A DNA stretch of 64,000 nucleotides from Eledone cirrhosa (Eukaryota): assembly GCA_964016885.1 (NCBI GenBank), contig OZ024755.1, positions 43,462,001 through 43,526,000 on the forward strand, read 5' to 3'. Made by a program: the position numbers and the translations under genes. A model generated the notes under the pieces. The model was not told the DNA's origin and ran no database searches. It saw nothing but the letters and a program-made list of their open reading frames with translations. Within the stretch, counting starts at the first letter, position 1. Each line of letters starts with the position of its first letter. Shown piece by piece: positions 1 through 13,900 of this stretch.

Positions 1-429
1 ATATTTGCATACTCACACTATTAGAAAGAGTCCCTAATCTTTGCATACTCACACTATTAGAAAGAGTCCGTAATCTTTGCATACTCACACTATTAGAAAG
101 AGTTCCTAATATTTGCATACTCACGCTATTAGAAAGAGTTCCTAATCTTTTCCTACTAACACTTTTAGAAAGAGTTCCCTATCTTTTCCTACTAACACTA
201 TTAGAAATAGTTCCCAATCTTCGCCTACTAACACTATTAGAAAGAGTTCATAATCTTTGCTTACTCACACTATTATAAAGAGTTCCTACTCTTTGCATAC
301 TAACACTATTAGAAAGAGTTCCTAATATTTGCATACTCACACTATTAGAAAGAGTTCCCAATCTTTGCATACTCACACTATTAGAAAGAGTTCCTAATCT
401 TTGCAAACTCACACTATTAGAAAGAGTTC

Positions 430-3400
430 CTAATCTAATCTTTGCCTACACACACTATTAGAAAGAGTTCCTAATTTTTGGATACTCACACTATGAGAAA
501 GAGTTCCTAATCTTTGCATACTCACACTATTACAAAGAGTTCCCAATCTTTGCCTACTAACACTATTAGAAAGAGTTCCTAATCTTTGCATACTCACACA
601 ATTGGAAAGAGTTCCTAATCTTTGCATACTCACACTATTAGAAAGAGTTCTTAATATTTGCATACTCACACTATTAGAAAGACCGTAATCTTTGCATACT
701 CACACTATTAGAAAGAATTCCTAATAATTGCATACTCACACTATTAGAAAGAGTTCCTAATCTTTGCATACTCACACTATTAGAAAGATTTCCCAATCTT
801 TGCCTACTCACACTATTAGAAAGAGTTCCCAATCTTCGCCTACTAACACTATTAGAAAGAGTTCATAATCTTTGCTTACTCACACTATTAGAAAGAGTTC
901 CTACTCTTTGCATACTAACACTATTAGAAAGAGTTCCTAATATTTGCATACTCACACTATTAGAAAGAGTTCCCAATCTTTGCATACTCACACTATTAGA
1001 AAGAGTTCCTAATCTTTGCAAACTCACACTATTAGAAAGAGTTCCTAATCTAATCTTTGCCTACACACACTATTAGAAAGAGTTCCTAATTTTTGGATAC
1101 TCACACTACGAGAAAGAGTTCCTAATCTTTGCATACTCACACTATTACAAAGAGTTCCCAATCTTTGCCTACTCACACTATTAGAAAGAGTTCCTAATCT
1201 TTGCCTACTAACACTATTAGAAAGAGTCCCTAATCTTTGCATACTCACACTATTAGAAAGAGTTCCTAATCTTTCCATACTCACACTATTACAAAGAGTT
1301 CCCAATCTTTGCCTACTCACACTTTTAGAAAGAGTTCCCTATCTTTTCCTACTAACACTATTAGAAAGAGTTCCTAATCTTTGCCTACTAACACTATTAG
1401 AAAGAGTTCCTAATCTTTGCCTACTAACACTATTAGAAAGAGTTCCTAATCTTTGCATACTCACACTATTAGAAAGAGTTCCTAATCTTTGCATACTCAC
1501 ACTATTACAAAGAGATCCCAATCTTTGCCTACTCACACTATTAGAAAGAGTTCCTCATCTTTGCATACTCACACTATTAGAAAGAGTTCCTAATCTTTGC
1601 CTACTAACACTATTAGAAAGAGTTCCTAATCTTTGCATACTCACACAATTAGAGAGAGTTCCTAATCTTTGCATACTCACACTATTAGAAAGAGTTCTTA
1701 ATATTTGCATACTCACACTATTAGAAAGAGTCCGTAATCTTTGCATACTCACACTATTAGAAAGAATTCCTAATAATTGCATACTCACACTATTAGAAAG
1801 AGTTCCTAATCTTTGCATACTCACACTATTAGAAAGATTTCCCAATCTTTGCCTACTCACACTATTAGAAAGAGTTCCTAATCTTTGCATACTCACACTA
1901 TTACAAAGAGTTCCTAATATTTGCATACTCACGCTATTAGAAAGAGTTCCTAATCTTTTCCTACTAACACTTTTAGAAAGAGTTCCTTATCTTTTCCTAC
2001 TAACACTATTAGAAATAGTTCCCAATCTTCGCCTACTAACACTATTAGAAAGAGTTCATAATCTTTGCTTACTCACACTATTCGAAAGAGTTCCTACTCT
2101 TTGCATACTAACACTATTAGAAAGAGTTCCTAATATTTGCATACTCACACTATTAGAAAGAGTTCCCAATCTTTGCATACTCACACTATTAGAAAGAGTT
2201 CTTAATATTTGCATACTCACACTATTAGAAAGAGTCCGTAATCTTTGCATACTCACACTATTAGAAAGAATTCCTAATAATTGCATACTCACACTATTAG
2301 AAAGAGTTCCTAATCTTTGCATACTCACACTATTAGAAAGATTTCCCAATCTTTGCCTACTCACACTATTAGAAAGAGTTCCTAATCTTTGCATACTCAC
2401 ACTATTAGAAAGAGTTCCTAATATTTGCATACTCACGCTATTAGAAAGAGTTCCTAATCTTTTCCTACTAACACTTTTAGAAAGAGTTCCCTATCTTTTC
2501 CTACTAACACTATTAGAAATAGTTCCCAATCTTCGCCTACTAACACTATTAGAAAGAGTTCATAATCTTTGCTTACTCACACTATTAGAAAGAGTTCCTA
2601 CTCTTTGCATACTAACACTATTAGAAAGAGTTCCTAATATTTTCATACTCACACTATTAGAAAGAGTTCCCAATCTTTGCATACTCACACTATTAGAAAG
2701 AGTTCCTAATCTTTGCAAACTCACACTATTAGAAAGAGTTCCTAATCTAATCTTTGCCTACACACACTATTAGAAAGAGTTCCTAATTTTTGGATACTCA
2801 CACTATGAGAAAGAGTTCCTAATCTTTGCATACTCACACTATTACAAAGAGTTCCCAATCTTTGCCTACTAACACTATTAGAAAGAGTTCCTAATCTTTG
2901 CATACTCACACAATTGGAAAGAGTTCCTAATCTTTGCATACTCACACTATTGGAAAGAGTTCCTAATCTTTGCATACTCACACTATTAGAAAGAGTTCTT
3001 AATATTTGCATACTCACACTATTAGAAAGACCGTAATCTTTGCATACTCACACTATTAGAAAGAATTCCTAATAATTGCATACTCACACTATTAGAAAGA
3101 GTTCCTAATCTTTGCATACTCACACTATTAGAAAGATTTCCCAATCTTTGCCTACTCACACTATTAGAAAGAGTTCCCAATCTTCGCCTACTAACACTAT
3201 TAGAAAGAGTTCATAATCTTTGCTTACTCACACTATTAGAAAGAGTTCCTACTCTTTGCATACTAACACTATTAGAAAGAGTTCCTAATATTTGCATACT
3301 CACACTATTAGAAAGAGTTCCCAATCTTTGCATACTCACACTATTAGAAAGAGTTCCTAATCTTTGCAAACTCACACTATTAGAAAGAGTTCCTAATCTA

Positions 3401-5340
3401 ATCTTTGCCTACACACACTATTAGAAAGAGTTCCTAATTTTTGGATACTCACACTACGAGAAAGAGTTCCTAATCTTTGCATACTCACACTATTACAAAG
3501 AGTTCCCAATCTTTGCCTACTCACACTATTAGAAAGAGTTCCTAATCTTTGCCTACTAACACTATTAGAAAGAGTCCCTAATCTTTGCATACTCACACTA
3601 TTAGAAAGAGTTCCTAATCTTTCCATACTCACACTATTACAAAGAGTTCCCAATCTTTGCCTACTCACACTTTTAGAAAGAGTTCCCTATCTTTTCCTAC
3701 TAACACTATTAGAAAGAGTTCCTAATCTTTGCCTACTAACACTATTAGAAAGAGTTCCTAATCTTTGCCTACTAACACTATTAGAAAGAGTTCCTAATCT
3801 TTGCATACTCACACTATTAGAAAGAGTTCCTAATCTTTGCATACTCACACTATTACAAAGAGATCCCAATCTTTGCCTACTCACACTATTAGAAAGAGTT
3901 CCTCATCTTTGCATACTCACACTATTAGAAAGAGTTCCTAATCTTTGCCTACTAACACTATTAGAAAGAGTTCCTAATCTTTGCATACTCACACAATTAG
4001 AGAGAGTTCCTAATCTTTGCATACTCACACTATTAGAAAGAGTTCTTAATATTTGCATACTCACACTATTAGAAAGAGTCCGTAATCTTTGCATACTCAC
4101 ACTATTAGAAAGAATTCCTAATAATTGCATACTCACACTATTAGAAAGAGTTCCTAATCTTTGCATACTCACACTATTAGAAAGATTTCCCAATCTTTGC
4201 CTACTCACACTATTAGAAAGAGTTCCTAATCTTTGCATACTCACACTATTACAAAGAGTTCCTAATATTTGCATACTCACGCTATTAGAAAGAGTTCCTA
4301 ATCTTTTCCTACTAACACTTTTAGAAAGAGTTCCTTATCTTTTCCTACTAACACTATTAGAAATAGTTCCCAATCTTCGCCTACTAACACTATTAGAAAG
4401 AGTTCATAATCTTTGCTTACTCACACTATTCGAAAGAGTTCCTACTCTTTGCATACTAACACTATTAGAAAGAGTTCCTAATATTTGCATACTCACACTA
4501 TTAGAAAGAGTTCCCAATCTTTGCATACTCACACTATTAGAAAGAGTTCTTAATATTTGCATACTCACACTATTAGAAAGAGTCCGTAATCTTTGCATAC
4601 TCACACTATTAGAAAGAATTCCTAATAATTGCATACTCACACTATTAGAAAGAGTTCCTAATCTTTGCATACTCACACTATTAGAAAGATTTCCCAATCT
4701 TTGCCTACTCACACTATTAGAAAGAGTTCCTAATCTTTGCATACTCACACTATTAGAAAGAGTTCCTAATATTTGCATACTCACGCTATTAGAAAGAGTT
4801 CCTAATCTTTTCCTACTAACACTTTTAGAAAGAGTTCCCTATCTTTTCCTACTAACACTATTAGAAATAGTTCCCAATCTTCGCCTACTAACACTATTAG
4901 AAAGAGTTCATAATCTTTGCTTACTCACACTATTAGAAAGAGTTCCTACTCTTTGCATACTAACACTATTAGAAAGAGTTCCTAATATTTTCATACTCAC
5001 ACTATTAGAAAGAGTTCCCAATCTTTGCATACTCACACTATTAGAAAGAGTTCCTAATCTTTGCAAACTCACACTATTAGAAAGAGTTCCTAATCTAATC
5101 TTTGCCTACACACACTATTAGAAAGAGTTCCTAATTTTTGGATACTCACACTATGAGAAAGAGTTCCTAATCTTTGCATACTCACACTATTACAAAGAGT
5201 TCCCAATCTTTGCCTACTAACACTATTAGAAAGAGTTCCTAATCTTTGCATACTCACACAATTGGAAAGAGTTCCTAATCTTTGCATACTCACACTATTA
5301 GAAAGAGTTCTTAATATTTGCATACTCACACTATTAGAAA
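430..5340. repeat. Higher-order tandem duplication, units of 2312 and 2348 bp (64 and 65 monomers)
   Basis: Identical ORF-track patterns are offset by 2348 (1045/3393, 1339/3687, 1555/3903, 2056/4404). The 430 to 2742 offset is 2312, one monomer shorter. Boundaries approximate. Confidence 0.9.
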
Positions 5341-7054
5341 GACCGTAATCTTTGCATACTCACACTATTAGAAAGAATTCCTAATAATTGCATACTCACA
5401 CTATTAGAAAGAGTTCCTAATCTTTGCATACTCACACTATTAGAAAGATTTCCCAATCTTTGCCTACTCACACTATTAGAAAGAGTTCCTAATCTTTGCA
5501 TACTCACACTATTAGAAAGAGTTCCTAATATTTGCATACTCACACTATTAGAAAGAGTTCCTCATCTTTGCATACTCACACTATTAGAAAGAGTTCCTAA
5601 TCTTTGCCTACTAACACTATTAGAAAGAGTTCCTAATCTTTGCATACTCACACAATTGGAGAGAGTTCCTAATCTTTGCATACTCACACTATTAGAAAGA
5701 GTTCTTAATATTTGCATACTCACACTATTAGAAAGAGTCCGTAATCTTTGCATACTCACACTATTAGAAAGAGTCCGTAATCTTTGCATACTCACACTAT
5801 TAGAAAGAGTTCCTAATATTTGCATACTCACGCTATTAGAAAGAGTTCCTAATCTTTTCCTACTAACACTATTAGAAATAGTTCCCAATCTTCGCATACT
5901 AACACTATTAGAAAGAGTTCATAATCTTTGCTTACTCACACTATTAGAAAGAGTTCCTACTCTTTGCATACTAACACTATTAGAAAGAGTTCCTAATATT
6001 TGCATACTCACACTATTAGAAAGAGTTCCCAATCTTTGCATACTCACACTATTAGAAAGAGTTCCTAATCTTTGCAAACTCACACTATTAGAAAGAGTTC
6101 CTAATCTAATCTTTGCCTACACACACTATTAAAAAGAGTTCCTAATTTTTGGATACTCACACTATGTGAAAGAGTTCCTAATCTTTGCATACTCACACTA
6201 TTACAAAGAGTTCCCAATCTTTGCCTACTAACACTATTAGAAAGAGTTCCTAATCTTTGCATACTCACACAATTGGAAAGAGTTCCTAATCTTTGCATAC
6301 TCACACTATTAGAAAGAGTTCTTAATATTTGCATACTCACACTATTAGAAAGACCGTAATCTTTGCATACTCACACTATTAGAAAGAATTCCTAATAATT
6401 GCATACTCACACTATTAGAAAGAGTTCCTAATCTTTGCATACTCACACTATTAGAAAGATTTCCCAATCTTTGCCTACTCACACTATTAGAAAGAGTTCC
6501 CAATCTTCGCCTACTAACACTATTAGAAAGAGTTCATAAACTTTGCTTACTCACACTATTAGAAAGAGTTCCTACTCTTTGCATACTAACACTATTAGAA
6601 AGAGTTCCTAATATTTGCATACTCACACTATTAGAAAGAGTTCCCAATCTTTGCATACTCACACTATTAGAAAGAGTTCCTAATCTTTGCAAACTAACAC
6701 TATTAGAAAGAGTTCCTAATCTAATCTTTGCCTACACACACTATTAGAAAGAGTTCCTAATTTTTGGATACTCACACTACGAGAAAGAGTTCCTAATCTT
6801 TGCATACTCACACTATTACAAAGAGTTCCCAATCTTTGCCTACTCACACTATTAGAAAGAGTTCCTAATCTTTGCCTACTAACACTATTAGAAAGAGTCC
6901 CTAATCTTTGCATACTCACACTATTAGAAAGAGTTCCCAATCTTCGCCTACTAACACTATTAGAAAGAGTTCATAATCTTTGCTTACTCACACTATTAGA
7001 AAGAGTTCCTACTCTTTGCATACTAACACTATTAGAAAGAGTTCCTAATATTTT

Positions 7055-10000
7055 CATACTCACACTATTAGAAAGAGTTCCCAATCTTTGCATACTCACA
7101 CTATTAGAAAGAGTTCCTAATCTTTGCAAACTCACACTATTAGAAAGAGTTCCTAATCTAATCTTTGCCTACACACACTATTAGAAAGAGTTCCTAATTT
7201 TTGGATACTCACACTATGAGAAAGAGTTCCTAATCTTTGCATACTCACACTATTACAAAGAGTTCCCAATCTTTGCCTACTAACACTATTAGAAAGAGTT
7301 CCTAATCTTTGCATACTCACACAATTGGAAAGAGTTCCTAATCTTTGCATACTCACACTATTAGAAAGAGTTCTTAATATTTGCATACTCACACTATTAG
7401 AAAGACCGTAATCTTTGCATACTCACACTATTAGAAAGAATTCCTAATAATTGCATACTCACACTATTAGAAAGAGTTCCTAATCTTTGCATACTCACAC
7501 TATTAGAAAGATTTCCCAATCTTTGCCTACTCACACTATTAGAAAGAGTTCCTAATCTTTGCATACTCACACTATTAGAAAGAGTTCCTAATATTTGCAT
7601 ACTCACGCTATTAGAAAGAGTTCCTAATCTTTTCCTACTAACACTTTTAGAAAGAGTTCCCTATCTTTTCCTACTAACACTATTAGAAATAGTTCCCAAT
7701 CTTCGCCTACTAACACTATTAGAAAGAGTTCATAATCTTTGCTTACTCACACTATTAGAAAGAGCTCCTACTCTTTGCATACTAACACTATTAGAAAGAG
7801 TTCCTAATATTTTCATACTCACACTATTAGAAAGAGTTCCCAATCTTTGCATACTCACACTATTAGAAAGAGTTCCTAATCTTTGCAAACTCACACTATT
7901 AGAAAGAGTTCCTAATCTAATCTTTGCCTACACACACTATTAGAAAGAGTTCCTAATTTTTGGATACTCACACTATGAGAAAGAGTTCCTAATCTTTGCA
8001 TACTCACACTATTACAAAGAGTTCCCAATCTTTGCCTACTAACACTATTAGAAAGAGTTCCTAATCTTTGCATACTCACACAATTGGAAAGAGTTCCTAA
8101 TCTTTGCATACTCACACTATTAGAAAGAGTTCTTAATATTTGCATACTCACACTATTAGAAAGACCGTAATCTTTGCATACTCACACTATTAGAAAGAAT
8201 TCCTAATAATTGCATACTCACACTATTAGAAAGAGTTCCTAATCTTTGCATACTCACACTATTAGAAAGATTTCCCAATCTTTGCCTACTCACACTATTA
8301 GAAAGAGTTCCTAATCTTTGCATACTCACACTATTAGAAAGAGTTCCTAATATTTGCATACTCACACTATTAGAAAGAGTTCCTCATCTTTGCATACTCA
8401 CACTATTAGAAAGAGTTCCTAATCTTTGCCTACTAACACTATTAGAAAGAGTTCCTAATCTTTGCATACTCACACAATTGGAGAGAGTTCCTAATCTTTG
8501 CATACTCACACTATTAGAAAGAGTTCTTAATATTTGCATACTCACACTATTAGAAAGAGTCCGTAATCTTTGCATACTCACACTATTAGAAAGAGTCCGT
8601 AATCTTTGCATACTCACACTATTAGAAAGAGTTCCTAATATTTGCATACTCACGCTATTAGAAAGAGTTCCTAATCTTTTCCTACTAACACTTTTAGAAA
8701 GAGTTCCCTATCTTTTCCTACTAACACTATTAGAAATAGTTCCCAATCTTCGCCTACTAACACTATTAGAAAGAGTTCATAATCTTTGCTTACTCACACT
8801 ATTAGAAAGAGTTCCTACTCTTTGCATACTAACACTATTAGAAAGAGTTCCTAATATTTGCATACTCACACTATTAGAAAGAGTTCCCAATCTTTGCATA
8901 CTCACACTATTAGAAAGAGTTCCTAATCTTTGCAAACTCACACTATTAGAAAGAGTTCCTAATCTAATCTTTGCCTACACACACTATTAGAAAGAGTTCC
9001 TAATTTTTGGATACTCACACTATGAGAAAGAGTTCCTAATCTTTGCATACTCACACTATTACAAAGAGTTCCCAATCTTTGCCTACTAACACTATTAGAA
9101 AGAGTTCCTAATCTTTGCATACTCACACAATTGGAAAGAGTTCCTAATCTTTGCATACTCACACTATTAGAAAGAGTTCTTAATATTTGCATACTCACAC
9201 TATTAGAAAGACCGTAATCTTTGCATACTCACACTATTAGAAAGAATTCCTAATAATTGCATACTCACACTATTAGAAAGAGTTCCTAATCTTTGCATAC
9301 TCACACTATTAGAAAGATTTCCCAATCTTTGCCTACTCACACTATTAGAAAGAGTTCCTAATCTTTGCATACTCACACTATTAGAAAGAGTTCCTAATAT
9401 TTGCATACTCACGCTATTAGAAAGAGTTCCTAATCTTTTCCTACTAACACTTTTAGAAAGAGTTCCCTATCTTTTCCTACTAACACTATTAGAAATAGTT
9501 CCCAATCTTCGCCTACTAACACTATTAGAAAGAGTTCATAATCTTTGCTTACTCACACTATTAGAAAGAGCTCCTACTCTTTGCATACTAACACTATTAG
9601 AAAGAGTTCCTAATATTTTCATACTCACACTATTAGAAAGAGTTCCCAATCTTTGCATACTCACACTATTAGAAAGAGTTCCTAATCTTTGCAAACTCAC
9701 ACTATTAGAAAGAGTTCCTAATCTAATCTTTGCCTACACACACTATTAGAAAGAGTTCCTAATTTTTGGATACTCACACTATGAGAAAGAGTTCCTAATC
9801 TTTGCATACTCACACTATTACAAAGAGTTCCCAATCTTTGCCTACTAACACTATTAGAAAGAGTTCCTAATCTTTGCATACTCACACAATTGGAAAGAGT
9901 TCCTAATCTTTGCATACTCACACTATTAGAAAGAGTTCTTAATATTTGCATACTCACACTATTAGAAAGACCGTAATCTTTGCATACTCACACTATTAGA

Positions 10001-10938
10001 AAGAATTCCTAATAATTGCATACTCACACTATTAGAAAGAGTTCCTAATCTTTGCATACTCACACTATTAGAAAGATTTCCCAATCTTTGCCTACTCACA
10101 CTATTAGAAAGAGTTCCTAATCTTTGCATACTCACACTATTAGAAAGAGTTCCTAATATTTGCATACTCACACTATTAGAAAGAGTTCCTCATCTTTGCA
10201 TACTCACACTATTAGAAAGAGTTCCTAATCTTTGCCTACTAACACTATTAGAAAGAGTTCCTAATCTTTGCATACTCACACAATTGGAGAGAGTTCCTAA
10301 TCTTTGCATACTCACACTATTAGAAAGAGTTCTTAATATTTGCATACTCACACTATTAGAAAGAGTCCGTAATCTTTGCATACTCACACTATTAGAAAGA
10401 GTCCGTAATCTTTGCATACTCACACTATTAGAAAGAGTTCCTAATATTTGCATACTCACGCTATTAGAAAGAGTTCCTAATCTTTTCCTACTAACACTTT
10501 TAGAAAGAGTTCCCTATCTTTTCCTACTAACACTATTAGAAATAGTTCCCAATCTTCGCCTACTAACACTATTAGAAAGAGTTCATAATCTTTGCTTACT
10601 CACACTATTAGAAAGAGTTCCTACTCTTTGCATACTAACACTATTAGAAAGAGTTCCTAATATTTGCATACTCACACTATTAGAAAGAGTTCCCAATCTT
10701 TGCATACTCACACTATTAGAAAGAGTTCCTAATCTTTGCAAACTCACACTATTAGAAAGAGTTCCTAATCTAATCTTTGCCTACACACACTATTAGAAAG
10801 AGTTCCTAATTTTTGGATACTCACACTATGAGAAAGAGTTCCTAATCTTTGCATACTCACACTATTACAAAGAGTTCCCAATCTTTGCCTACTAACACTA
10901 TTAGAAAGAGTTCCTAATCTTTGCATACTCACACAATT
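7055..10938. repeat. Higher-order tandem duplication, 1806-bp unit (50 monomers)
   Basis: Constant offset of 1806 (7153/8959, 7397/9203, 7912/9718, 8384/10190). The rare variant GAGCTCC occurs in both copies. 1806 = 50x36+5+5-2-2. Confidence 0.9.
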
Positions 10939-13900
10939 AGAGAGAGTTCCTAATCTTTGCATACTCACACTATTAGAAAGAGTTCTTAATATTTGCATAC
11001 TCACACTATTAGAAAGAGTCCGTAATCTTTGCATACTCACACTATTAGAAAGAATTCCTAATAATTGCATACTCACACTATTAGAAAGAGTTCCTAATCT
11101 TTGCATACTCACACTATTAGAAAGATTTCCCAATCTTTGCCTACTCACACTATTAGAAAGAGTTCCTAATCTTTGCATACTCACACTATTACAAAGAGTT
11201 CCTAATATTTGCATACTCACGCTATTAGAAAGAGTTCCTAATCTTTTCCTACTAACACTTTTAGAAAGAGTTCCTTATCTTTTCCTACTAACACTATTAG
11301 AAATAGTTCCCAATCTTCGCCTACTAACACTATTAGAAAGAGTTCATAATCTTTGCTTACTCACACTATTCGAAAGAGTTCCTACTCTTTGCATACTAAC
11401 ACTATTAGAAAGAGTTCCTAATATTTGCATACTCACACTATTAGAAAGAGTTCCCAATCTTTGCATACTCACACTATTAGAAAGAGTTCTTAATATTTGC
11501 ATACTCACACTATTAGAAAGAGTCCGTAATCTTTGCATACTCACACTATTAGAAAGAATTCCTAATAATTGCATACTCACACTATTAGAAAGAGTTCCTA
11601 ATCTTTGCATACTCACACTATTAGAAAGATTTCCCAATCTTTGCCTACTCACACTATTAGAAAGAGTTCCTAATCTTTGCATACTCACACTATTAGAAAG
11701 AGTTCCTAATATTTGCATACTCACGCTATTAGAAAGAGTTCCTAATCTTTTCCTACTAACACTTTTAGAAAGAGTTCCCTATCTTTTCCTACTAACACTA
11801 TTAGAAATAGTTCCCAATCTTCGCCTACTAACACTATTAGAAAGAGTTCATAATCTTTGCTTACTCACACTATTAGAAAGAGTTCCTACTCTTTGCATAC
11901 TAACACTATTAGAAAGAGTTCCTAATATTTTCATACTCACACTATTAGAAAGAGTTCCCAATCTTTGCATACTCACACTATTAGAAAGAGTTCCTAATCT
12001 TTGCAAACTCACACTATTAGAAAGAGTTCCTAATCTAATCTTTGCCTACACACACTATTAGAAAGAGTTCCTAATTTTTGGATACTCACACTATGAGAAA
12101 GAGTTCCTAATCTTTGCATACTCACACTATTACAAAGAGTTCCCAATCTTTGCCTACTAACACTATTAGAAAGAGTTCCTAATCTTTGCATACTCACACA
12201 ATTGGAAAGAGTTCCTAATCTTTGCATACTCACACTATTGGAAAGAGTTCCTAATCTTTGCATACTCACACTATTAGAAAGAGTTCTTAATATTTGCATA
12301 CTCACACTATTAGAAAGACCGTAATCTTTGCATACTCACACTATTAGAAAGAATTCCTAATAATTGCATACTCACACTATTAGAAAGAGTTCCTAATCTT
12401 TGCATACTCACACTATTAGAAAGATTTCCCAATCTTTGCCTACTCACACTATTAGAAAGAGTTCCCAATCTTCGCCTACTAACACTATTAGAAAGAGTTC
12501 ATAATCTTTGCTTACTCACACTATTAGAAAGAGTTCCTACTCTTTGCATACTAACACTATTAGAAAGAGTTCCTAATATTTGCATACTCACACTATTAGA
12601 AAGAGTTCCCAATCTTTGCATACTCACACTATTAGAAAGAGTTCCTAATCTTTGCAAACTCACACTATTAGAAAGAGTTCCTAATCTAATCTTTGCCTAC
12701 ACACACTATTAGAAAGAGTTCCTAATTTTTGGATACTCACACTACGAGAAAGAGTTCCTAATCTTTGCATACTCACACTATTACAAAGAGTTCCCAATCT
12801 TTGCCTACTCACACTATTAGAAAGAGTTCCTAATCTTTGCCTACTAACACTATTAGAAAGAGTCCCTAATCTTTGCATACTCACACTATTAGAAAGAGTT
12901 CCTAATCTTTCCATACTCACACTATTACAAAGAGTTCCCAATCTTTGCCTACTCACACTTTTAGAAAGAGTTCCCTATCTTTTCCTACTAACACTATTAG
13001 AAAGAGTTCCTAATCTTTGCCTACTAACACTATTAGAAAGAGTTCCTAATCTTTGCCTACTAACACTATTAGAAAGAGTTCCTAATCTTTGCATACTCAC
13101 ACTATTAGAAAGAGTTCCTAATCTTTGCATACTCACACTATTACAAAGAGATCCCAATCTTTGCCTACTCACACTATTAGAAAGAGTTCCTCATCTTTGC
13201 ATACTCACACTATTAGAAAGAGTTCCTAATCTTTGCCTACTAACACTATTAGAAAGAGTTCCTAATCTTTGCATACTCACACAATTAGAGAGAGTTCCTA
13301 ATCTTTGCATACTCACACTATTAGAAAGAGTTCTTAATATTTGCATACTCACACTATTAGAAAGAGTCCGTAATCTTTGCATACTCACACTATTAGAAAG
13401 AATTCCTAATAATTGCATACTCACACTATTAGAAAGAGTTCCTAATCTTTGCATACTCACACTATTAGAAAGATTTCCCAATCTTTGCCTACTCACACTA
13501 TTAGAAAGAGTTCCCAATCTTCGCCTACTAACACTATTAGAAAGAGTTCATAATCTTTGCTTACTCACACTATTAGAAAGAGTTCCTACTCTTTGCATAC
13601 TAACACTATTAGAAAGAGTTCCTAATATTTGCATACTCACACTATTAGAAAGAGTTCCCAATCTTTGCATACTCACACTATTAGAAAGAGTTCCTAATCT
13701 TTGCAAACTCACACTATTAGAAAGAGTTCCTAATCTAATCTTTGCCTACACACACTATTAGAAAGAGTTCCTAATTTTTGGATACTCACACTACGAGAAA
13801 GAGTTCCTAATCTTTGCATACTCACACTATTACAAAGAGTTCCCAATCTTTGCCTACTCACACTATTAGAAAGAGTTCCTAATCTTTGCCTACTAACACT

